Positions 1-9,567 of a stretch of DNA of 64,000 bases are shown here, one piece after another. A program made the position numbers and the translations under genes. The notes beneath the pieces were generated by a model. It saw nothing but the letters and a program-made list of their open reading frames with translations, ran no database searches and was not told the DNA's origin. Source of the DNA: Nanobdellota archaeon (lineage in GTDB: Archaea > Nanobdellota > Nanobdellia > Pacearchaeales > GW2011-AR1); contig JAGWGZ010000001.1 of the NCBI GenBank assembly GCA_028867075.1, positions 26,660-90,659 of the forward strand, in the 5' to 3' direction. Every line of letters starts with the position of its first letter. Within the stretch, counting starts at the first letter, position 1.

Positions 1-46
1 TTTCTTCAGGTTTTTTTTCTGTTTTCTTCTCTGATTTTTTTGGCAT
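1..46 (-). CDS. N-terminal fragment of a gene running off the window edge (MPKKSEKKTEKKPEE...)
   Basis: ATG at 46 on the minus strand, open Lys/Glu-rich frame to the edge, TATA-like TTTAAAAA about 28 nt upstream. Confidence 0.55.
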   Translation of the reverse strand, partial: MPKKSEKKTEKKPEE

Positions 47-128
47 TTAGTTAATTTGCGAAGTAGTTTTTTAAATGTTCCTGTACCTTTTATGTAAGAT
101 TTTTAAATAAGGTTTCATTGTTAAAAAT

Positions 129-926
129 ATGGGCAAGGTTATCGGCATACTGAGCCTCAAAGGGGGTGTCGGGAAAACTTCTGCAGTACTTTCTCTTGGT
201 TCTGCAGTCGCAGAGCTTGGAAGAAGAGTCCTGCTTGTCGATGGAAATCTATCTGCCCCTAATCTCGGCGTGCACTTAAACCTGATTGAGCCTGAAATCA
301 CGCTCCATCACGTCCTGAATAGCGATCAGAACATTGAGGACTCAATTGTGACTCTTGACGACTTTAATTTTGATGTCATTCCGGCTTCAATCTTTTACAG
401 AAGCAGGATAAATCCATTCAAGCTGAAGGAGAAACTAAGAATCATGAAAGGGAGATATGATTTAATACTCATAGACTCATCGCCTGCTATGAATGATGAA
501 ACTCTGGCTGTTATGCTTGCTTCTGATGAAATCTTTATTGTGACGACCCCGGATTATCCCACTCTGAGCATGACTATAAAGGCGATAAAGGATGCACGAA
601 CAAGGGGAATAAAGGTCGATGGTCTGATACTTAACAAAGTATATGGTAAGCCTTTTGAAATCCCGATTGACCAGATAGAAAAAACAGCAGACATCCCTGT
701 CCTGGCAGTGATACCTGATGATATGAGCGTGCTGAAATCCACCTCGCAATTTGTTCCGCCATTCATGCAGAATCCAAATTCCAGAGGGGGAGCAGAATAC
801 AGGAAACTTGCAGGAGTCATTATCGGAGAAAAGTACAAGCCGCGCGGTCTTTTCGGTTTCCTTAGAACTCCAAAAAGGCAGGATGTCAACAGGGAAATCT
901 TTTACGAGACAATTTTCAAGGACTGA
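129..926 (+). CDS. minD: MinD/ParA-family ATPase (archaeal MinD-like)
   Basis: Deviant Walker A LKGGVGKTS, VLLVDGNL, LIDSSP Walker B, ILNKV; TTTAAATA about 27 nt upstream. Confidence 0.85.
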   Translation: MGKVIGILSLKGGVGKTSAVLSLGSAVAELGRRVLLVDGNLSAPNLGVHLNLIEPEITLHHVLNSDQNIEDSIVTLDDFNFDVIPASIFYRSRINPFKLKEKLRIMKGRYDLILIDSSPAMNDETLAVMLASDEIFIVTTPDYPTLSMTIKAIKDARTRGIKVDGLILNKVYGKPFEIPIDQIEKTADIPVLAVIPDDMSVLKSTSQFVPPFMQNPNSRGGAEYRKLAGVIIGEKYKPRGLFGFLRTPKRQDVNREIFYETIFKD

Positions 927-972
927 TTCTTTTAGACAAACCTTATAAAGAATTTATTTTTGTTTCTTCCAT

Positions 973-1045
973 AGCCCTGTAGTCTAGTGGTCAAAGATAC
1001 AAGGTTTTGGACCTTGTGACCCAGGTTCGAATCCTGGCAGGGCTA
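973..1045 (+). tRNA. tRNA-Gln(TTG)
   Basis: Cloverleaf: AGCCCTG/CAGGGCT acceptor, CAAGG-TTTTGGA-CCTTG anticodon arm, GTTCGAATC T-loop. Confidence 0.95.
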
Positions 1046-1048
1046 ATA

Positions 1049-1254
1049 ATGATTGAAGATATCGCCCTAGAAATTGGGATGTTAGGATTAGGAGAATTGC
1101 TTTTTTATTATCTGGGATTTACTGTCTTTACAGATATTTCGCTTTCAATGAAGTGTCTTCTTTAGTTTTAGGGTGCTTTTTATTAGGTCTGACTATATTC
1201 GGAATAATTTATTGGATTTTTAAGAAAGAAAGTCTTTTCAGTCATTCTTTATGA
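1049..1254 (+). pseudogene. small membrane protein split by a probable 1-nt frameshift in a T6 run
   Basis: MIEDIALEIGMLGLGELLF joins LLSGIYCLYRYF...LGCFLLGLTIFGIIYWIFKK...* if one T is added at 1101-1106. Confidence 0.35.
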
Positions 1255-1878
1255 GCCCTGCTTGTATCTCCCGCGTTTTTCAACAGCCTCAAGCCTTTCA
1301 AGAACTTTATGAGACTCTGAAGAATAATCTGCTTCATATCCACTTCTTACAGAATTGAATAAGGCCTTCCAGTTTGCAGAAAAGCCGGCTTCAAGAGCTT
1401 CTTTCAGGAGATGCAAATCAACTGCCTTATCTTCTATTTTCATGCTTATGAATCCCAACCCAAAGTCAATCAGGTAAATCTTAGTTTCACCTTTATTTCC
1501 GGCAAGAATCATGTTACTTGGTGTCAGGTCACCATGGATTATACTCTCATGGTGGAGTTTTGCTATGTTCTTTCCGACTAATTCGCAAATCTCTTTCTGT
1601 TTCTCACTTGGAAATTTGTCAAGATAATCAGAAAGTCTTTCTCCGTCGATTTTTTCCATAACAATTTCTTTTGAATTTTCATCAACTTTCAAAACCCGCG
1701 GTGCGGGAATAACTCTTCCCGCTTTCTCCAAAATCTTTGCCTCGCTACGTGTCCTTAACTTCCTGATTTTTTCATCGATCTCTTTTATTCTATAAGACTT
1801 TGAAATCCTTTTTTTTACAATTCCCTCTTTCCTTTCTTCGATTAATGCTTCTGCTCCTTGTGAAATAATCCGGCCCAT
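1249..1878 (-). CDS. bud32: KEOPS complex kinase Bud32
   Basis: GAEA glycine loop, KKRISKSYR, RTRSEA, IIHGDLTPSN, IDFGL, C-terminal KRGRY. Confidence 0.93.
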   Translation of the reverse strand: MGRIISQGAEALIEERKEGIVKKRISKSYRIKEIDEKIRKLRTRSEAKILEKAGRVIPAPRVLKVDENSKEIVMEKIDGERLSDYLDKFPSEKQKEICELVGKNIAKLHHESIIHGDLTPSNMILAGNKGETKIYLIDFGLGFISMKIEDKAVDLHLLKEALEAGFSANWKALFNSVRSGYEADYSSESHKVLERLEAVEKRGRYKQGS

Positions 1879-1881
1879 TTT

Positions 1882-2328
1882 TTACCCTCTGCTTTTGCTT
1901 GCTTCTTCATTTATTTTTCTAATTTTTTTCTCAGGAACATTCAGGATTATAAACCCGGCGATCATTCCGAGGTCCACCACAAGACAATACTTGCAATAGG
2001 CATGAATAACAAACTGCTGAAGATAAAGGAAATACAAGACAATGAGTGTTCCGATGAAAACTCCTATGTGAATCAGAAATTTTGTATGCCTGTGTGGTCT
2101 TCTTATGTGAAGAATTGCAAGAAAAGACATCAGCGCAAAAATCGCAATGCCATAATAACTGTTGGAGATTCCGAAAGTTTTTGCATATACTGAAGTTTGC
2201 ACTGCATTGCATCCCGCGAACTGCGTGCATATCAACGGAAGAGGCACAAGAGACAGAACCAGAGAACTTGCCAAAGCCGCGAGAAATATCACGAGGAGTA
2301 TTTTGTAGCGAAGATGTGCAACTCTCAT
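1882..2328 (-). CDS. vitamin K epoxide reductase (VKOR) family membrane protein
   Basis: Loop cysteines C-x5-C then VQTSVYA..FGI, 4 TM segments, CKYC redox motif. Confidence 0.85.
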   Translation of the reverse strand: MRVAHLRYKILLVIFLAALASSLVLSLVPLPLICTQFAGCNAVQTSVYAKTFGISNSYYGIAIFALMSFLAILHIRRPHRHTKFLIHIGVFIGTLIVLYFLYLQQFVIHAYCKYCLVVDLGMIAGFIILNVPEKKIRKINEEASKSRG

Positions 2329-2369
2329 GAGAATATCTTGAAAAGATTATTTAATAAGATTATGCATCG

Positions 2370-3740
2370 CTAAAATCTCAGCCCCTTCTTTCCAAGTTTT
2401 TTCATCATCTTCTGCAGCTGCTTCTGGCTTATGCCATTCGAGAGATCTGCAGAGGATGCATCTTTTATCATTGAGCTTAACAGGTCATACTGTTTTAGCA
2501 GGGAGCGAATATTTGCGGTTGCAACTCCAGCGCCTTTTGCAATCCGTGCAATCCGCGAAGTTTGTTTTTTCAGAAGTTCGGGATTGTTTTTTTCTTCCTC
2601 AGTCATTGATTTCAGGATGTGTTCCCATTTTGAGATCTTCGCATTTTGCGATTCCATCATTCCCTCCGGCATTTTCGCGCTGATATCTGAAAATCCAGGA
2701 ATAAGGGATTTTATCTTTTCCAGGCCTCCAAGAGAATTCATGGATTTTGCCTGTTCAACAATATCACCGAGAGAAAGTTTTCCTTCTTCCAGCCTCTTTT
2801 TCATGCCTTCCTGCTTTTTTTCATCTGTCACTGAGCGAACTTTTTCAAGAAGTGCTTCAAGGTCGCCCATGCCGAGAAGGCGCGAAAGGAATGATTTTGG
2901 ATTGAATTCTTCCAGGTCATTTATCTTTTCTCCTGTTGTAATGAAATATACGGGCGCTTTTGTCTGCGCGCATGCTGTCAGTGCCCCTCCGCCCTTTGCA
3001 GTTGAGTCCATTCGGGTTATTATAACTCCTGAAATATTCAGAGCATTCCTGAAGTATTCTGCCTGTTCTTTTGCAGCTTGTCCAATGTCTGCAGGCATGA
3101 CGAGAATTGTTTCTGTAGGCTGTATTTTTTTATGCAGTTGTTCTATTTCTTTTACAAGCTCCTTGTCAAGATTGTGCCTTCCGGCAGTATCAATTAGCAC
3201 GACATCAAACTTTTTCAGTTCAGGTTCAAATCTTTTCCAGATTTTCAGCGCATCTTTTTCATCCTGTTCTGTAAAGACAGCAAGATTATTCTGCTTTCCA
3301 AGCTGCATTAACTGCTCTTTTGCAGCCGGACGATGCACGTCCAATCCGATAAGCGCCACTCTGCTGCTTCTTTTTGCAAACCAGTTTCCCAACTTTGCAA
3401 TTGTTGTTGTTTTTCCAGAAGCATACAACCCCACGAGCATTATTCTGTTCTGGCTTTTTTTAAGAATGAGCTGCTTATGCTCTCCGAGAATTGAAAGAAG
3501 CTCATCATAAAGTGCCTTCACAAGGTGCTCTTTTTTTTCTATCCCCACTATTCTTTCATCAAAAGCAATTTTCCTTATTTTATCGCTTAATTCTTTCACG
3601 AGCGCGATGTTTACGTCTGCTTCAATCAGCGCTCTTTGCAAATCACGGACTATAGAATCAACCAAATCCCGGTCCAAAAACAGCGCATTTGTTATGCGGT
3701 TTGTGGTTTTTTTCAGTATCTCGCCAAGCCTTTCCAGCAT
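2370..3740 (-). CDS. srp54: signal recognition particle protein SRP54
   Basis: ALIEADVN, GLYASGKTTT, DTAGR, DSTAKGGGAL, SRLLGMGD, Met-rich M domain; start set to MLERLG. Confidence 0.96.
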   Translation of the reverse strand: MLERLGEILKKTTNRITNALFLDRDLVDSIVRDLQRALIEADVNIALVKELSDKIRKIAFDERIVGIEKKEHLVKALYDELLSILGEHKQLILKKSQNRIMLVGLYASGKTTTIAKLGNWFAKRSSRVALIGLDVHRPAAKEQLMQLGKQNNLAVFTEQDEKDALKIWKRFEPELKKFDVVLIDTAGRHNLDKELVKEIEQLHKKIQPTETILVMPADIGQAAKEQAEYFRNALNISGVIITRMDSTAKGGGALTACAQTKAPVYFITTGEKINDLEEFNPKSFLSRLLGMGDLEALLEKVRSVTDEKKQEGMKKRLEEGKLSLGDIVEQAKSMNSLGGLEKIKSLIPGFSDISAKMPEGMMESQNAKISKWEHILKSMTEEEKNNPELLKKQTSRIARIAKGAGVATANIRSLLKQYDLLSSMIKDASSADLSNGISQKQLQKMMKKLGKKGLRF

Positions 3741-3814
3741 GCTTTTCTGAGACAACAGAGAGTTAATAAATTTTGGGTCAGGCAAATTTAAAAATCCTAA
3801 ACTTCATCAAGCAG

Positions 3815-4024
3815 GTGAAAACCAAAACAGAAAAGTGTCCTATCTGTTGCATCAAGGCATCACCGGAATGTTACAAGTGCAATAAGCATTGCGATTGTGA
3901 ATACTTTGACTTAAATTTAAACAAGATTATAGGCCCAATTTGTCAAGGAACTTATTTTTATCAAAAGGTTCTATATCGGAGTACTTTTGGCCTGTGCCGA
4001 GGAATAATATCGGCTTTTTTGTAA
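3815..4024 (+). CDS. putative Cys-rich microprotein
   Basis: GTG start 28 nt after TTTAAAAA; CPICC-x6-CYKCNKHCDC lies in the srp54-ftsY spacer; 3' part overlaps ftsY antisense. Confidence 0.35.
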   Translation: MKTKTEKCPICCIKASPECYKCNKHCDCEYFDLNLNKIIGPICQGTYFYQKVLYRSTFGLCRGIISAFL

Positions 4025-5027
4025 CAAAACCGACTGAGAGCGCAGTGCCGCCTTTTTCATCTATGTCTGATTTTGCAAGAATCAATCCGTCTATTCCTAT
4101 ACTCTCATTGAAAATCCTCGCCTGTTCGGTCGCATCATTTCCGGTTATTGATTCTCCGACAAATATCTTCAGGTCAGGAGAGCAGACTTTGGAAATCTTT
4201 TCCATCTCTTTTATCAGGTTCTTTTCAGTATGCATTCTTCCGGCAGTGTCTATTAAAACGCAGTCCGCCCTGTTTTTCTTTGCATAGTTTATTGCATCAA
4301 AACCAACTGATGCAGGATCAGATCCATATTCGTGAGCTATAACTGGAATTCCGATATTTTCTCCGTGCTCTTTCAGCTGCTCTATTGAGGCTGCCCTGAA
4401 TGTATCTGCCGCAGCAAGCACGCATTTTATCTTCCGCGATTTCAGGAATTCCGCAATCTTTGCAATTGAAGTTGTTTTCCCGCTTCCATTTATCCCGAAA
4501 AACAGGATGACAAAGGGTTTCTTTTCACTTTCAATTACCCTTTCAAGAAGGTCGAATGGCTTGACCAATATCTCAGAGATAATATCCCCGAGAGCATTTT
4601 TTATTTCTCCCTCAATTCCATTTTTTAGCAACTCTCTTCCGACGATCCGCGATTTCAGCTCTTTTATTATTCTGTCGGAGACTTCAAAGGCGACATTATT
4701 CTCAAGAAGAAGGAGTTCAAGTTCATCCCTGTACCTGTCAAATTCATCCTCCGATATCTTTATTTTCCCTGTTTTTTCTTTTATCCTCTGGAAGAAAGAT
4801 TTCGGGAGTTCCTTTTCATTTTCCCGGTCTTCTAGCTTTGGTTCATGGCCAAATATTTCACCCCTTAGGGCCGCGTCCAAATCCGTTCCAAGCTGCTTCA
4901 ATGCAATTCCTTTCTTTGGTTTTTTAGAAATCTTTTCCTCAGGTTTGGTCTCGGATTTTTCTTCTTTCGGGGATTTTGCGACTTTTTCTGTCCACTGTTT
5001 CAGCTTTTCTTTCAGAAATTTGAACAT
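3927..5027 (-). CDS. ftsY: SRP receptor FtsY
   Basis: MFKFLKEKL start, GINGSGKTTSIAK, DTFRAAS, DTAGRM, KGGTALS, GTGQ.Y.D. Confidence 0.96.
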   Translation of the reverse strand: MFKFLKEKLKQWTEKVAKSPKEEKSETKPEEKISKKPKKGIALKQLGTDLDAALRGEIFGHEPKLEDRENEKELPKSFFQRIKEKTGKIKISEDEFDRYRDELELLLLENNVAFEVSDRIIKELKSRIVGRELLKNGIEGEIKNALGDIISEILVKPFDLLERVIESEKKPFVILFFGINGSGKTTSIAKIAEFLKSRKIKCVLAAADTFRAASIEQLKEHGENIGIPVIAHEYGSDPASVGFDAINYAKKNRADCVLIDTAGRMHTEKNLIKEMEKISKVCSPDLKIFVGESITGNDATEQARIFNESIGIDGLILAKSDIDEKGGTALSVGFVTKKPILFLGTGQKYSDIEPFDKNKFLDKLGL

Positions 5028-5051
5028 TTTACTTATCAAGAATTTGCATTA

Positions 5052-5384
5052 TTAAACTCTTCCGTATTCGTCTTCATATCTTTTTTCATCGTTTTCCCTG
5101 AAGCTTCCTGTCGCGATTTCTATCAGTTCAACTTTTTTGTTCCCCGCAATTATCCTGTGCTTTTGGTTTTTTTTGACATGCACAAAATCGCCCTCTTTTA
5201 CACGGAATTTCTTGCTGCCAACCTGTGCTGATGCACTGTCAAGAAAATACCAGCTTTCTTCCCTATGCCTGTGGCTTTGAAGGCTTAATTCTTGGTGCGG
5301 ATTTAATGTTAGAAGCTTTACAGTGCATTTTTTGTTAAGGGCAAATTGTTTGAAATTTCCCCATGGTCTTTTAACCTCTTTCAT
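5052..5384 (-). CDS. cupin protein, phosphomannose isomerase type II C-terminal-like
   Basis: RPWG, LSLQSHRHREESW, KHRI, IEIATG, RYEDEYGR. Confidence 0.85.
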   Translation of the reverse strand: MKEVKRPWGNFKQFALNKKCTVKLLTLNPHQELSLQSHRHREESWYFLDSASAQVGSKKFRVKEGDFVHVKKNQKHRIIAGNKKVELIEIATGSFRENDEKRYEDEYGRV

Positions 5385-5437
5385 ACACTATATCAGAGTT
5401 AAAAAATCTTTATAAAGTTTAACACTCTTTTTAGCTT

Positions 5438-6730
5438 ATGAAGGGGGTGCTGGTTATTCTTGACGGTCTTGGGGATTTGCCTACTGACTCACTTGAAGGT
5501 AAAACCCCCCTTGAATCAGCTGAAACTCCCAACCTGAATTTCCTTGCTACGAGAGGAGAGACAGGATATCTCTATTCAGTGCGCCCTGGTTTTATCCCGG
5601 AATCAGATGAGGCGATTGTTTCTATCTTTGGAAACGAACAGATAGACAGTACGAGAGGTCAGTTGGAAGCGCGGGGTGCAGGCCTAGAATTAGCGCACGG
5701 AGACCTGGCATTCAGGGTTAATTTTGCGACCGTGGATTCTTTCAAATCAGGAAATATAATTGACAGGAGGGCAGGCAGAACACTCACTACTGCAGAAGCA
5801 GAGAGTCTTGCAAAAGCACTCAATAAAATAAAGATGCCGTGCAGTTTTGTTTTTAAGCCTACTGTCCAGCATCGCGCAGCCCTTGTTTTCAGAGGGGGAT
5901 TTTCTGACAACATATCAGAGAATGACCCCACTTACTTTGAAGGACAGGCGAAATCAATAGACAAGGTGATTCCAATCAGGCCGATGGATGATGATGAAAA
6001 TTCACAGTATACTGCTAATCTTGTAAATGAATTTATTGAAAAGGCATTTGAAGTGCTTGATAAACATCCAATCAATGAAGATCGGAGAAAGAGAGGGCTT
6101 CTTCCCGCAAATTATCTTCTGATTCGCGGACCCGGAATAGATGTCCCGAAGATTAAGCTTTACAGAAACTGGTTGTCTGTTGCATATATGCCTCTTGAAA
6201 AAGGATTTTCACAGCTTAGCGGCATGAAGGTTTTCGGGTTTGATTACCCCAAGCTGAAAGGAATAGACGTTTACAAGAATCTTTGGGAGGGACTTAAAAA
6301 AGCATGCTCTTTTTCAATAAAAGTACTGAGAAGGCAGAAGAATAATTTTGATTATGCTTACATCCACATAAAAGAAACTGATCTGCCGGGGCATGATAAC
6401 AAGCCTCTTGAAAAAAAGGCGATGATTGAGTATCTTGACAAGACGCTTTTCAAGTTTCTCAGGGAATTCGCGCCGCCAAACAAAATTAATGTCGTGGTAA
6501 CTGCGGACCATTCAACCCCCTGCAGGCTGAAAAAGCATTCTGCAGATCCTGTTCCCGTGCTTTTATACAATCAGTCGCTTCCAAGAATTGAGAAAAAGTA
6601 TTCTTATTCAATAGAAAAAGGCAAAGAAGAAAAGATTGCCGGCCAGAAATTCTGTGAGGGGGAAGCAAGAAAGGGAAGCCTTGGCAGGATGATTGCGAGC
6701 GAGATGTTAAAGAAAGTTGGGTTTGTCTGA
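5438..6730 (+). CDS. apgM: 2,3-bisphosphoglycerate-independent phosphoglycerate mutase (archaeal type)
   Basis: ILDGLGD, TPLESA.TPNL, RG.LEA.G, HIKETDLPGHD, TADHSTP, HSADPVP. Confidence 0.92.
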   Translation: MKGVLVILDGLGDLPTDSLEGKTPLESAETPNLNFLATRGETGYLYSVRPGFIPESDEAIVSIFGNEQIDSTRGQLEARGAGLELAHGDLAFRVNFATVDSFKSGNIIDRRAGRTLTTAEAESLAKALNKIKMPCSFVFKPTVQHRAALVFRGGFSDNISENDPTYFEGQAKSIDKVIPIRPMDDDENSQYTANLVNEFIEKAFEVLDKHPINEDRRKRGLLPANYLLIRGPGIDVPKIKLYRNWLSVAYMPLEKGFSQLSGMKVFGFDYPKLKGIDVYKNLWEGLKKACSFSIKVLRRQKNNFDYAYIHIKETDLPGHDNKPLEKKAMIEYLDKTLFKFLREFAPPNKINVVVTADHSTPCRLKKHSADPVPVLLYNQSLPRIEKKYSYSIEKGKEEKIAGQKFCEGEARKGSLGRMIASEMLKKVGFV

Positions 6731-6778
6731 TTTTTGTGGCATAACAATTCTTAAAAACATCTGGATTTTTTTAGAAAA

Positions 6779-7333
6779 ATGATAACGTACAATGAGATTT
6801 ATGAATCTGCCAGGAAGGAGAGATATTCCGAGCAACTGCAACCCCTGCCGAAAAATTTCATTGCAAGCGTTGCCGAGTATCTGAAAGAAAAGAAAGAGAT
6901 GTCTATGAAAGAAGACGATTCCTTTTCAGATATGATAACAAAAACAAAAAAACAGTTTGAAAATGCCGTAACTTTGTTTAATGAACTAAAAAGAATAAGA
7001 AGAAGAAAAATCCTGAATCTGGTTCTTGTTGCGTCTGAGACCGGAATTTCAAAAAGGGATTTTGAGAACATGCTTGATTTTGAAAAAGAGCTATTTGAAG
7101 AACTGATGAAATGCATTGAAGCGTCAGACAAGAAATTTAACGGGTTGCTTAACGGAGCGAAAAATGAAGTGATGAAGAATGAGATGGTTATGTTCCGGGA
7201 TGATGTTGAAGAATTTCTCGGGCCTGACGGGGAAATGATGGGCGGGTTTATGAAAGGGCAGATTGCAAATCTTCCGCACCAGATTGCACAGATTTTGATT
7301 GAAGACGGAAAGGCGGAGAAAGTTGAAGAATAA
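6779..7333 (+). CDS. GINS complex subunit (Gins51-type, A-B domain order)
   Basis: ERYSEQLQPLPKNF, RRRKILNL helical A domain, C-terminal B domain F.GPDG..MG.F.KG.IANLP..IA.ILI..GKA. Confidence 0.8.
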   Translation: MITYNEIYESARKERYSEQLQPLPKNFIASVAEYLKEKKEMSMKEDDSFSDMITKTKKQFENAVTLFNELKRIRRRKILNLVLVASETGISKRDFENMLDFEKELFEELMKCIEASDKKFNGLLNGAKNEVMKNEMVMFRDDVEEFLGPDGEMMGGFMKGQIANLPHQIAQILIEDGKAEKVEE

Positions 7334-7363
7334 GTTTAAATTCTAAGCAATTGTTATAACTAA

Positions 7364-7891
7364 ATGAAAAGCCTTTCAAGAATAATCACGGGGGTTTTAC
7401 TTGCTTTGGCCGGAATCGGGTTAGTCTTATTCTCCATTTTAACACAGGCAAATTATTATTCTGTTGTTCTCGGCTCTTTTTTTCTATTGTTTGGAATTAT
7501 AATCTTGCTAAACAAGCATGAGGACAAGATTGAAAAAAGCGGAAAAGAAGAGAGTTTGGTTAACGCAAAAAAAGGCATTATTGTGACGACTATGAATGAT
7601 ATCCCCGGAAGGAAAATTCAAAGAGTTTTGGGTATTGTGAGGGGGAATACCGTGAGAAGCAGGAACATTGGAAGAGATATAATGGCCGGTTTCAAGAGCA
7701 TTGTTGGAGGGGAAATAGGAACTTTCACAGAACTGATAAGCCAGTCGCGCGATGAAGCTTACAACAGAATGGTGAACAAGGCAATTGAAATGGGTGCGGA
7801 TGCGATAATCATGATGAGGTTTGATGCTTCTTCTGTGATGAAAAATTCGTCAGAGATTCTGGCTTACGGGACGGCTGTGAAGCTGGGATAA
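7364..7891 (+). CDS. YbjQ/UPF0145 family protein with N-terminal 2-TM extension
   Basis: IVTT...IPG..I..VLGIVRG, IVGGE, GADAI...RF, EILAYGTAVK. Confidence 0.88.
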   Translation: MKSLSRIITGVLLALAGIGLVLFSILTQANYYSVVLGSFFLLFGIIILLNKHEDKIEKSGKEESLVNAKKGIIVTTMNDIPGRKIQRVLGIVRGNTVRSRNIGRDIMAGFKSIVGGEIGTFTELISQSRDEAYNRMVNKAIEMGADAIIMMRFDASSVMKNSSEILAYGTAVKLG

Positions 7892-7892
7892 A

Positions 7893-8468
7893 ATGAAGGG
7901 GATTCAACATTTTTCAATTTCCCTTTTTATTATTCTTGTTATAATCCTATCAGGAGTATTTTTAAAATTCCCGAAATTTTCTTATTTCTCTATTAGCATT
8001 TGGGCTGTTGGACTTTTCTTAATCCTTTTAGGCTCTCTTTTGCCTGACTCCGATAGTGGAAATAAAAAATCTTTAATCTTTGTTTTTTCTAATTCTTCAT
8101 TAAAAAATAATTTTAAATGGGAAGAAAAAGAAATTGTTAAATCGTTTATGGTCTTTTTAGGGGTTCTCTTTTTTCCTATTGCATCTATCACGAATCAATT
8201 GGAGAAACTTTTAAGATTCTACACAAAATTGCCGAGAGGCCATAAACAAACCCTGCATACGATCTTTGGTGTTTTAATAACCTCATTATTTTGGTCTTTA
8301 GTATTTTATTTAATCTTTTTTTGGATAAATCCTTCTAATAATAACTTCTTTATTTTATTGTTTTGGTTTTTATGTTTGCTTTCATCACAGATTTTGCATC
8401 TATTAGAAGATCGGATAGTTGAAAAGCAAGGTTGGAAAATTTCTTGGAAAGGAATGCAAAGCCTCTAG
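7893..8468 (+). CDS. membrane-bound metal-dependent hydrolase (YdjM-like)
   Basis: M.G..H start, GSLLPDSD, GH...LH, LHLLED; hydrophobic and AT-rich; stop overlaps tRNA-Thr 3' end. Confidence 0.7.
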   Translation: MKGIQHFSISLFIILVIILSGVFLKFPKFSYFSISIWAVGLFLILLGSLLPDSDSGNKKSLIFVFSNSSLKNNFKWEEKEIVKSFMVFLGVLFFPIASITNQLEKLLRFYTKLPRGHKQTLHTIFGVLITSLFWSLVFYLIFFWINPSNNNFFILLFWFLCLLSSQILHLLEDRIVEKQGWKISWKGMQSL

Positions 8469-8532
8469 AGGGATTTGAACCCCCGACCCCCGGTTTACAA
8501 AACCGATGCTCTAACCACTGAGCTATAGAGGC
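8460..8532 (-). tRNA. tRNA-Thr(TGT)
   Basis: Reverse complement GCCTCTA...TCGGT-TTTGTAA-ACCGG...GTTCAAATC...TAGAGGC. Confidence 0.95.
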
Positions 8533-8628
8533 ATAAGCAAAATCCACGGTTTTTCTTATCAACTTTTCCCCTACGGTGTCTACGGTTTCGTTCGCTTGAC
8601 TTCCCCATAGGGGAGTTTCCCGCAGGCT
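8533..8628 (-). repeat. leader hairpin motif, two tandem units, upstream of tRNA-Thr
   Basis: Minus strand GGGGAAGTCAAGCGAACGAAACCGTAGACACC followed by GGGGAAAAGTTG-ATAAGAAAAACCGTGGATTTTGCTTAT ending at tRNA +1. Confidence 0.65.
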
Positions 8629-8662
8629 TAAATTTTAGAGAATTGGTTATTTAAAAGATTTC

Positions 8663-9214
8663 TTATTCTACTTTTAGGGGTTTGATAATTTCAAGAACCC
8701 TTATTTCACAAGCTGATAATGGATAGATCTTTTTCAATTTCAGGCTGAGTTCTTTCTGCAGCTGATTTTTCATAAGTTCATCAAATAATGTCTCAGAACT
8801 TTTGTTCTCAAGTTCTGTTATCATCTCTTCTCTTGCCTTGCTCCTAAGGGCTGTTTTTATTGAGTTGTGGACTTTTCTCCTTGTTATCATGAATAGCTTG
8901 ACTTTCAATTCAGAATCTTTGCATTTTGCCGTAAATGAATCCTCAACATAGTCTGTTCCTCTTCGCACGAGCCTGCCGAGCGATGAATGTACTATTTCCA
9001 TTTTTTTGGGAAATGCTGTAAACTTGTCTTTCTCTCCTGAAGGCTTAACTTTAAGGTAAAGCAGAATATTCTTTCCTTTCAGGAGCCTTGTCATGTCGTA
9101 TTTTATCGTCTTCCCCTCAAGTTCTTCAGGCTCATAAGCATAAAGCTGCGTTTCTTTTCCTATAATCGGAATTTCAACATCAAAAAATCTTTTTCTTTTT
9201 TTTGCCTGTGCCAT
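8663..9214 (-). CDS. rps3ae: 30S ribosomal protein eS1 (S3Ae)
   Basis: KKRKRFFDV start, RLVRRGTDYVEDSF, LKKIYPLSACEIR. Confidence 0.85.
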   Translation of the reverse strand: MAQAKKRKRFFDVEIPIIGKETQLYAYEPEELEGKTIKYDMTRLLKGKNILLYLKVKPSGEKDKFTAFPKKMEIVHSSLGRLVRRGTDYVEDSFTAKCKDSELKVKLFMITRRKVHNSIKTALRSKAREEMITELENKSSETLFDELMKNQLQKELSLKLKKIYPLSACEIRVLEIIKPLKVE

Positions 9215-9215
9215 T

Positions 9216-9527
9216 TTATTCCTGTGTTTGTTTTCCTGCACGGATTCCTTTCTTCTGGTACTTGGATTTTCCGCATACGCTGCAGGTATACATTATGTTT
9301 GTCTTTTTAGTTGTTTTAGTTTTTCTTTTGAATTTTGTGACAGCAGGCTTGGAACCCCATTTCCCCTTATTTCCAATTCCCCGTCCAAGGCCCCTTAATC
9401 TTGCTCTCTGTTTTGAACCTCTTGTAAGGGTTCCTCTTTTTGCTCCTGTTGAAACTAACTTAATCTTTTGTTCTGTCTGCTTCTTACAATAAGGGCAATA
9501 TCTTTTTGTCTTCTTTGGGATTTTCAT
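9216..9527 (-). CDS. rpl44e: 50S ribosomal protein eL42 (L44e)
   Basis: MKIPKKTKRYCPYCKK, KTTKK...YTCSVCGK zinc ribbon. Confidence 0.92.
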   Translation of the reverse strand: MKIPKKTKRYCPYCKKQTEQKIKLVSTGAKRGTLTRGSKQRARLRGLGRGIGNKGKWGSKPAVTKFKRKTKTTKKTNIMYTCSVCGKSKYQKKGIRAGKQTQE

Positions 9528-9567
9528 TTTGTTATTGTTTTGACAAGAAAAATTTGGTTTTTAAATC

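Noticed and set aside
2431-3510. 359-aa + strand ORF, and similar long antisense ORFs (4507-5055, 29809-30453, 30727-31632, 63126-63749)
   Set aside because: Shadow frames of well-supported genes; Ser/Phe-rich mirror composition and no motifs
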